Source: Clostridia bacterium
GTDB lineage: Bacteria > Bacillota > Clostridia > Christensenellales > CAMQZB01
Direction: 5' to 3'
NCBI GenBank assembly: GCA_045579195.1
Contig: JAZNLR010000018.1
Coordinates: 1-44,440 of the forward strand
DNA length: 44,440 nucleotides
Part shown: one piece after another, positions 37,645 to 44,440 of the stretch
Layout: the number at the start of each line of letters is the position of its first letter
Position numbering within the stretch: position 1 is the first letter of the stretch
The notes under the pieces: generated by a model
Told to the model about the DNA's origin: nothing
The model's input: only the letters and a program-made list of their open reading frames with translations
Database searches by the model: none
Position numbers and translations under genes: made by a program

Positions 37645-40600
37645 ATGGCTGAAGAAAACGTAAAATCCATTGCGGAAACCCCAACCTCATCCTTTGTGCA
37701 TCTGCATGTCCACACGGAGTACAGCCTGCTGGACGGCGCGGCCCGCATCGAGGAGTTGGTTGCAAAATGCGCGCGCCTCGGAATGCCCGGCGTTGCCATC
37801 ACGGACCACGGCGTAATGTTTGGCTGCGTGGACTTTTTGAAGAAGTGCAAAAGCGCAGGCATCAAGGGTATCGTCGGTTGCGAGTTTTACGTCTGTGACG
37901 ATATGTACGACAAGAGCGGAAAGGCCGAGCTTGAGCATCTCGTTTTGCTTGCAAAGAACGACGTGGGATATAAAAACCTCGTCAAGTTGGATTCCCTTGC
38001 GTTCACCGAGGGCTTTTACTATAAGCCCCGCATCGACTTGAACCTCTTGAAGGACCACACGGACGGCGTCATCTGTTTGACCGCGTGTCTTGCGGGAAAG
38101 ATACCCCGCCTTCTCGTCGAGGGCAAGTATGATGCGGCAAAAGAGTACCTTCTGACTCTAAAGGGCATGTTCGGAGAGGACCTCTATGTCGAGATCCAGG
38201 ATCACGGCCTTGCAGAGCAGAGGATGATCCTCCCCCTTCTTGCGCGCCTTGCGAAGGAGACGGAAACGAAGCTCGTTGCGACCAACGACGCGCACTATAT
38301 CGACCGCGAAGACGCAGAGATGCACGACGTTCTTCTCTGCATGCAGATGGGCAAGACAATTTCGGATGAAAACCGAATGCGCTTCACGGGCTCGGAGTTC
38401 TTCATCAAGAGCGAAGAAGAGATGCGCTCCCTTTTCCCGGCATACCCCGAGGCGATCACCAACACGCTCGAGGTCTTGGACAAGTGTGACGTCAAGATCG
38501 TCCGAGAAGAGCTGTTGCCGGGCTATACGCCCCCTGACGGACTCACGCCCCCGCAGTACTTACGCAAGCTCACCGACGAGGGGCTTGCGCGAAGATATCC
38601 GAACATCACCCCCGAGATCCGCGAGCGCGCGGAGTACGAGTTGGACATCATCGAAAGCATGGGGTACGTGGAGTACTTCCTGATCGTTTGGGACTTCATC
38701 AACTATGCAAAGAGCATTGACATTGCCGTGGGATATGGCCGCGGCTCGGGCGTTGGAAGCATCGTTGCATACAGCATCGGCATCACCAACGTCGACCCCT
38801 TGCGCTTCGACTTGCTGTTTGAGCGATTCTTAAACCCGGAAAGAAAGACCATGCCGGACTTCGACATCGACTTCTGCTTCGAGCGTCGCGGCGAGGTCAT
38901 TGATTACGTTATCAAGAAGTACGGCAAGGACAACGTCTGTCAGATCGTCACCTTCAACCGCCTTGCGGCAAAGGCGGCCATCAAGGACGTGGCGCGCGTT
39001 TACAACGTGCCCCTCAACGACGTCAATGCCGTCACGAAGCTCATTCCCACCAACCCTGCGCTCAAGGTCAACTTGAAGAAGGTCTTTGGCAAGGTGGACC
39101 CTGCGACGTTGGACAAGAAACTCATCATCCCCGAGCTTTTGGAGATCTACGAAACCGACGATCTCATGCGAAAGACGGTGGATATGGCCATCAAGGTGGA
39201 GGGAATGCCCCGCAACACCGGAATGCACGCGGCAGGCGTCGTAATTTGCCGAGAGCCCATTGCAGACCACGTTCCGTTGCAGAAGAGCGGAGCGGACGTC
39301 ACCACGCAGTACACAATGGTCGAGGTTGAGGAGCTTGGGCTTCTCAAGATGGACTTCCTTGGCCTTCGCACGATGACGGATATCAAAAAGGCCATCACGT
39401 ACGTCAAGGAAACGACGGGGCGGGAGATCGACTTTAAGGACATCCCCGACGACGACCCCGAAGTTTATAGGCTCATTTCCAGCGGCGACACAGACGCCGT
39501 GTTCCAGCTGGAAGGCGAGGGCATGAAGGCGTTTATGCGCCAGCTCAAGCCGACCTGCATGGAGGATATCATCGCAGGAATCTCCCTTTACCGCCCCGGC
39601 CCGATGGATTCCATCCCGGAGTACGTTGCGGCAAAGAACAACCCCGCCAACATTCACTATGCCCACCCCTTGCTTGAACCCATCCTGAAGGTCACATATG
39701 GCGTTATCATCTATCAGGAGCAGGTCATGCAGATCGTGCGCTCACTTGCAGGCTTCTCGTTCGGACAGGCAGACCTTGTCCGCCGCGCGATGAGCAAAAA
39801 GAAGACGTACGAAATGCCGAAGTACCGCGAGTGGTTCCTCCACGGCGGAAAGGACGGCGAACGCGTCATCGAAGGCGCGGAGAAGCGAGGGGTCCCGGAG
39901 GAGATCGCATCCAACGTCTTTGACAAGATGGAGAGCTTCGCAAAGTACGCCTTCAACAAGTCTCACGCGGCGGCGTATGCGACCATTTCCTTCCAGACGG
40001 CGTACTTAAAGCGATATTACCCCGTTCAGTTTCTCGCGTCGGTCTTGAACAACCGCATCAGCGACCAGGCCGAGGTCACGAAGTACACCAACTACGCAAA
40101 AGAGCGCGGCATCGACGTTTTGCCTCCCGACATCAACAAGTCACAGGAGTTCTTCTCGGTTGAGGGAGAGGCGCTCCGCTTCGGTCTTGCCGCCATCAAG
40201 AACGTGGGCGTTGCTGCCGTTCAGGACATCCTTGCAGAGAGAAAGCGCGGGGGCGAATTCGTCGACCTTGCTGACTTCTTGATGCGCTCGGGCGAATATA
40301 CGAACAAGCGTATGCTTGAAAACCTCATCAAGGGCGGCGCGTTTGACTGCTTCGGCAAGACGAGAAGCCAGCTGATGAGCGTCTATGAAGTGCTGCACGA
40401 CCGCACAAGCACCGACCGCAAGAACCGAGCAAGCGGACAAGTTTCCCTCTTTGACGAGCTGGTGGACAGCCCCGTCACCGTGGAATATCCCATTATGGAT
40501 GAGTACCCTGCGCGCATTCGCCTTGCGATGGAGAAGGAAGTGAACGGCATCTATATTTCCGGACATCCGCTGGATGAATACCGCGAGCAGCTTTCCAGCT

Positions 40601-41157
40601 TCTCGTTCAACACGTCGATGGTCACCGTCGAAAGCGACGAGGAAGACGAGGAGAGCTTCCGCGAAGTTGCGGTGGAAGACGGCGCGTTCGTCACGGCGGG
40701 CGGCATCCTCACGGGCATTCGCAGAAACCAGACGGCGCAGGGAAAGAATATGGCAACGGCGCATTTGGAAGATCTCTTCGGGCAGATCGACGTCGTTCTC
40801 TTCCCGAATGAGTTTGAGAAGTTCCGCAACATCTTGGAAGACGACGTTGTGGTCCGCATCGAGGGGCGGTATTCCTCGCGTGGCGACCGCCATCAGATCA
40901 CCGTTCGCAACCTTGCGAAGATGGAAGTGAAGAAGGCGGCGGAACCCAAGGGGAAAGAGCGGCTGTACTTAAGGCTTCCGAGCGAAGACGTCTTTGACGA
41001 GATCGTGGATATCCTCTCGGCGTATCCGGGCGGCTCGGACGTCATCATCGTCTTAAACGGACAGCGGAGAATGCTCAACCTGAAAATCGGCTATGAGCGC
41101 GCGTTGCAAAACGAATTGCTCTCGGTTTTGGAGCGAAAGGATATTGTTTTTCAGTGA
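37645..41157 (+). CDS. dnaE: DNA polymerase III alpha subunit
   Basis: HLHVHTEYSLLDG, GRGSGVGS, PDFDIDF, KMDFLGL, YAFNKSH. Confidence 0.97.
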   Translation: MAEENVKSIAETPTSSFVHLHVHTEYSLLDGAARIEELVAKCARLGMPGVAITDHGVMFGCVDFLKKCKSAGIKGIVGCEFYVCDDMYDKSGKAELEHLVLLAKNDVGYKNLVKLDSLAFTEGFYYKPRIDLNLLKDHTDGVICLTACLAGKIPRLLVEGKYDAAKEYLLTLKGMFGEDLYVEIQDHGLAEQRMILPLLARLAKETETKLVATNDAHYIDREDAEMHDVLLCMQMGKTISDENRMRFTGSEFFIKSEEEMRSLFPAYPEAITNTLEVLDKCDVKIVREELLPGYTPPDGLTPPQYLRKLTDEGLARRYPNITPEIRERAEYELDIIESMGYVEYFLIVWDFINYAKSIDIAVGYGRGSGVGSIVAYSIGITNVDPLRFDLLFERFLNPERKTMPDFDIDFCFERRGEVIDYVIKKYGKDNVCQIVTFNRLAAKAAIKDVARVYNVPLNDVNAVTKLIPTNPALKVNLKKVFGKVDPATLDKKLIIPELLEIYETDDLMRKTVDMAIKVEGMPRNTGMHAAGVVICREPIADHVPLQKSGADVTTQYTMVEVEELGLLKMDFLGLRTMTDIKKAITYVKETTGREIDFKDIPDDDPEVYRLISSGDTDAVFQLEGEGMKAFMRQLKPTCMEDIIAGISLYRPGPMDSIPEYVAAKNNPANIHYAHPLLEPILKVTYGVIIYQEQVMQIVRSLAGFSFGQADLVRRAMSKKKTYEMPKYREWFLHGGKDGERVIEGAEKRGVPEEIASNVFDKMESFAKYAFNKSHAAAYATISFQTAYLKRYYPVQFLASVLNNRISDQAEVTKYTNYAKERGIDVLPPDINKSQEFFSVEGEALRFGLAAIKNVGVAAVQDILAERKRGGEFVDLADFLMRSGEYTNKRMLENLIKGGAFDCFGKTRSQLMSVYEVLHDRTSTDRKNRASGQVSLFDELVDSPVTVEYPIMDEYPARIRLAMEKEVNGIYISGHPLDEYREQLSSFSFNTSMVTVESDEEDEESFREVAVEDGAFVTAGGILTGIRRNQTAQGKNMATAHLEDLFGQIDVVLFPNEFEKFRNILEDDVVVRIEGRYSSRGDRHQITVRNLAKMEVKKAAEPKGKERLYLRLPSEDVFDEIVDILSAYPGGSDVIIVLNGQRRMLNLKIGYERALQNELLSVLERKDIVFQ

Positions 41158-41254
41158 CAAACAGTTGGCTTTTTGAGTCGAGTTTGCTATAATTGAGGAA
41201 AACGTTTCACAAAGTGAAACGAAAAAAGATCAATCATTTTACAGGAGATAGAAA

Positions 41255-42211
41255 ATGAAGAGAATCGGAGTTCTGACAAGCGGTGGAGACGCGCCCGGAA
41301 TGAACGCGGCAATCCGTGCGGTCGTTCGCGGTGCAATTGACAACGACATCGAAGTTTACGGCATCATGCGTGGATACGCAGGACTGCTTGCGGACGACAT
41401 GATCCCCATGACGCGCAGTTCGGTTTCCAACATCATTCAGCGTGGCGGAACCATTTTGAAGACCGCGCGCTGTGAGGAATTCACGACGCACGAAGGGCGC
41501 CTTCCTGCCATTGAAAACATCAAGAAGCGCGGCCTGGACGGCATCGTCGTCATCGGCGGAGACGGTTCGTTCCGCGGCGCAAAGGCGTTGAGCGAAGCGG
41601 GCGTCCCGGCGATCGGCATCCCCGGAACCATCGACAACGACATTGCGTACACCGATTATACCCTCGGCTTTGACACGGCTTGCAACACCGTTTTGTACTG
41701 CATCAACAACTTGCGCGACACCATGGAATCCCACGAGCGCATCAACATCGTTGAGGTCATGGGAAGAAACTGCGGCGACATCGCGCTTTACACGGGAATC
41801 ACCGGCGGTGCGGAGGCGATCGTTCTCCCCGAAGATCCGATGAGCGTTGCTGAGGTCGCAGAGGCTCTGCGCCGCAGCCGTGCGCGCGGAAAGCGCTCCC
41901 ACATCGTGGTTTTGGCAGAGGGCGCAGGCAAGGCGGCGGACTTCGAAAAGGAGCTTTCCGTGCTCGGCCTTGACGTTCGCTCCACCGTCGTCGGACACAT
42001 TCAGCGCGGCGGCGCACCCACGATGACGGACAGAATGCTTGGCTCTCGCTTTGGATATCACGCAGTTCAGCTCCTCAAAGAGGGCATCGGGAACCGCGTT
42101 ATCGGAATCGTCGGCAACGAGATCCGTGACTTCGACATCATCGAAGCGCTCTCCAAGCCGCGCGTGTTCAACAGCGAGCTTTACCACGCATCGAAAGTTT
42201 TGGGAATGTAA
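41255..42211 (+). CDS. pfkA: ATP-dependent 6-phosphofructokinase (classical)
   Basis: TSGGDAPGMN, GGDGS, IPGTIDND, EVMGR, GHIQRGG. Confidence 0.96.
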   Translation: MKRIGVLTSGGDAPGMNAAIRAVVRGAIDNDIEVYGIMRGYAGLLADDMIPMTRSSVSNIIQRGGTILKTARCEEFTTHEGRLPAIENIKKRGLDGIVVIGGDGSFRGAKALSEAGVPAIGIPGTIDNDIAYTDYTLGFDTACNTVLYCINNLRDTMESHERINIVEVMGRNCGDIALYTGITGGAEAIVLPEDPMSVAEVAEALRRSRARGKRSHIVVLAEGAGKAADFEKELSVLGLDVRSTVVGHIQRGGAPTMTDRMLGSRFGYHAVQLLKEGIGNRVIGIVGNEIRDFDIIEALSKPRVFNSELYHASKVLGM

Positions 42212-42252
42212 AGAAAAAGTGCGGCAAGGATGCCGTGCGTGAAAAGGGACCG

Positions 42253-43662
42253 ATGGAGAAGAATCAACAAATCCAAGTGACGATTGAGGCGCTCTCCAGC
42301 AAGGGAGAGGGAATCGCAACGGTCGACGGAATGAAGGTTTTCGTTCCGTTCGCTTTGGTTGGAGAAAAGGTTACTGCAAAGGTTATTTTTGTGCGCAAGA
42401 CGTACGCGATCGCAAAGTTGATCGAGGTGCACACGCCCGCTGAGGACCGTGTGCGCCCGTTTTGCCCTGTCTTTCAGAAGTGCGGTGGGTGTCAATTGCA
42501 ACACATAAAGTACCCCATGCAACTTCGCATCAAAACGAAAAACGTGAGTGACTGTCTGAAGAAGATCGCCAAGCTGGACGTGAACGTTCCGCTCTGCGTC
42601 AAATGCGACAGCACCAAAGAATATCGCAACAAAATGCAGCTCCCTGTCGCGCAAAACGGCAAGGAGCTGCTTGTCGGTTTTTTTGCACCGAATTCGCACC
42701 GCATCGTTCCCACAAAGGAGTGTAAACTGCACGGAGATTGGTGCGAAAAGGTGATCGACGCCATCACGGCATACGCAAAGATCGAGAACGTTTCGGGATA
42801 TGACGAGATGACGGGAACGGGGCTTTTGCGCCACGTTGTCGTTCGCTCGGTCAATCAGAAACTCCTCATCACGCTCGTCATCAACGGGCAAGAGCTTCCG
42901 CGCAGCGAAACCCTGATCTCCTTGCTCGAAAAGCGCATCGGGGAGTTCGGGCTTTACATCAACGTCAACCGCACGCAGAGCAACGTCATTTTGGGTGATT
43001 ATTTCTTCCATTGTCACGGGCTCACCGAGCTTACCATCACGGGCAAGGGCTTGACGTACCGCGTGGGGCCAAAGTCCTTTGTTCAGGTGAACGACCAGAT
43101 CGCCGCCAAGATATATGACCGCGCCGTTTTGGAGGCGGACTTGACGGAGGAGGACGTCGTCATCAATGCGTATAGCGGGGCAGGGCTTTTGACCGCCCAG
43201 TTTGCGCGCGCTTGCAAGATGGCGTACGGCGTGGAGATCATCGACGAAGCAACGAAAAGCGCCAATGCGCTCGCGCGTGAAAACGGCCTCGAAAACAAGA
43301 TGTGCAACATCACGGGAGACTGTGCAAAGGAAGTTGCGCGCATCTTAAAGGAAACGAAAGAAACCGCAGGAAGGCGCGTTCTCGTTCTCGATCCGCCGAG
43401 AAAGGGCTGCGACCTCGCCGTCCTTTCCGCCGCAAGAGAGGAACTTCCCGAGCGCATCATCTATATCTCTTGCAACCCCGCGACCCTCGCACGCGACGTC
43501 GGCATTCTGATGGGCACCCTTGCGTACGACGAAAACGGCGAACTTCTTCCCGTTCCCGAGCCGACCTTGCTTTACGAGCTCTCCTTTGTTCAGCCCTACG
43601 ATATGTTCCCGCAGACGGCGCACGTGGAAAGTTTAGTTTGTCTGCAAAGGCAGACAAACTAA
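42253..43662 (+). CDS. rlmD: 23S rRNA (uracil-5)-methyltransferase RlmD/RumA
   Basis: TRAM domain, CPVFQKCGGCQLQH, SFVQVN, DPPRKG, YISCNPATLARD, DMFPQTAHVE. Confidence 0.95.
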   Translation: MEKNQQIQVTIEALSSKGEGIATVDGMKVFVPFALVGEKVTAKVIFVRKTYAIAKLIEVHTPAEDRVRPFCPVFQKCGGCQLQHIKYPMQLRIKTKNVSDCLKKIAKLDVNVPLCVKCDSTKEYRNKMQLPVAQNGKELLVGFFAPNSHRIVPTKECKLHGDWCEKVIDAITAYAKIENVSGYDEMTGTGLLRHVVVRSVNQKLLITLVINGQELPRSETLISLLEKRIGEFGLYINVNRTQSNVILGDYFFHCHGLTELTITGKGLTYRVGPKSFVQVNDQIAAKIYDRAVLEADLTEEDVVINAYSGAGLLTAQFARACKMAYGVEIIDEATKSANALARENGLENKMCNITGDCAKEVARILKETKETAGRRVLVLDPPRKGCDLAVLSAAREELPERIIYISCNPATLARDVGILMGTLAYDENGELLPVPEPTLLYELSFVQPYDMFPQTAHVESLVCLQRQTN

Positions 43663-43663
43663 A

Positions 43664-43913
43664 GCGATATAAATCCCTTGCAGGATTTGCGATATACGCT
43701 ACATTTCATTCGCGTGCGATATGCCTGCGGCGCGATATGTGCCTTCGGCACGTGAGCGCACTGCGTGCGCAAGGTCGCGGGGATTTATATTCGCGTACTT
43801 TCCACCATGTTCGCCAAAGGCGAACATATCGCTGTTTCGCAATGTGAAACAATATCGCGCTTGCGAGAGCAAGCATATCGCGCACCAAAGGTGCATATCG
43901 CGTGAGCGAAGCG
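43664..43913. repeat. Structured multi-hairpin element (4x GCGATAT then 4x ATATCGC); candidate MITE/REP-like element or ncRNA
   Basis: GCGATAT at 43664, 43689, 43716, 43732; ATATCGC at 43826, 43852, 43875, 43895; short hairpins between motifs; AACTAAA on both flanks. Confidence 0.6.
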
Positions 43914-43931
43914 AACTAAAAGGAGATTGAA

Positions 43932-44378
43932 ATGAAAAACAAATCTGTTTCTATTCCAATGGCGATGGTAACCAAAAAGTTTTATTGCCACAAATGCGGA
44001 GAACGGTTAAGCAAACATCCCAAAACAAGAACGGTAAAACCGGGGGATCCAGATTATAGAAAACATAATAGAATCAACCACAGAACTCATATGATTGGCG
44101 ATGTTGAAGTCACGGAATATGATTTTCAGTGTCCTGCTTGCGGAAATGTTGTCGAATATGATGAGCAATGTGTTATTGGAAAAATTCAAAAGCAGCTTCG
44201 TAAAAATATACTATCCGATGAAGAAGTTCTCAACAATAGAGGAAAAGTAGAAGATTCGATGAATAGAAACGCAAAAATTTTCAAAGTGATTTTGTCTTTG
44301 CTTGCATTAGCGGTAATTGGGTTGATCCTTTATAGCACAATCAAATCGGGGGATTTTTCATTTACATTTAACTTCTAA
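43932..44378 (+). CDS. Hypothetical zinc-ribbon protein with C-terminal TM helix (AT-rich)
   Basis: SD AGGAG; CHKC...CPAC; hydrophobic C-terminus. Confidence 0.7.
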   Translation: MKNKSVSIPMAMVTKKFYCHKCGERLSKHPKTRTVKPGDPDYRKHNRINHRTHMIGDVEVTEYDFQCPACGNVVEYDEQCVIGKIQKQLRKNILSDEEVLNNRGKVEDSMNRNAKIFKVILSLLALAVIGLILYSTIKSGDFSFTFNF

Positions 44379-44433
44379 AAATATACCTTTTGGCTTTACA
44401 ACCGCCGTTTTTGGCATAAAAATATACCTTTTG
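44376..44433 (+). repeat. 17-bp direct repeat, two copies, 41-bp period
   Basis: TAAAAATATACCTTTTG at 44376-44392 and 44417-44433. Confidence 0.7.
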
Positions 44434-44440
44434 CTCTCTT

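Noticed and set aside
41203-41221. Fourth parS site
   Set aside because: A 3-bp central insertion breaks the 16-bp parS geometry
43699-43991. Short overlapping ORFs across the GCGATAT element
   Set aside because: They arise on both strands from palindromic sequence and have no SD or protein features

Overview
Chromosomal replication-origin region of a Clostridia-class Firmicute; yyaC and a sigmaG-like promoter suggest a spore former. Gene strand flips from mostly minus (left) to mostly plus (right) at about 16.4-17.8 kb. Left arm: partial ABC-type binding lipoprotein, rpsR-ssb-rpsF, phosphomutase, DegV, lepB, DUF951, a degenerate hydrolase, a DnaD-repeat/DnaC-like loader pair, prs, jag-yidC-yidD-rnpA-rpmH and parB-parA. 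Centre: three perfect parS sites, rsmG, a DnaA-box/DnaA-trio origin and dnaN. No dnaA is present; rsmG occupies the dnaA slot. Right arm: an AT-rich lipoprotein, acyltransferase, cvpA, yyaC, ftsH, DUF3810, BaiN-like flavoprotein, aroF, two phosphofructokinases, murB-PHP-whiA-dnaE-pfkA-rlmD, then an AT-rich segment. Best leads: (1) an intact DnaA-type oriC uncoupled from dnaA; (2) an unannotated Tyr/Phe-rich leader peptide with terminator/antiterminator before aroF, i.e. ribosome-mediated attenuation rather than a T-box; (3) a ~250-bp multi-hairpin GCGATAT/ATATCGC element at the rlmD 3' end; (4) a 48-aa probable forespore protein missed by the ORF track. All calls are by eye; no database search was run.
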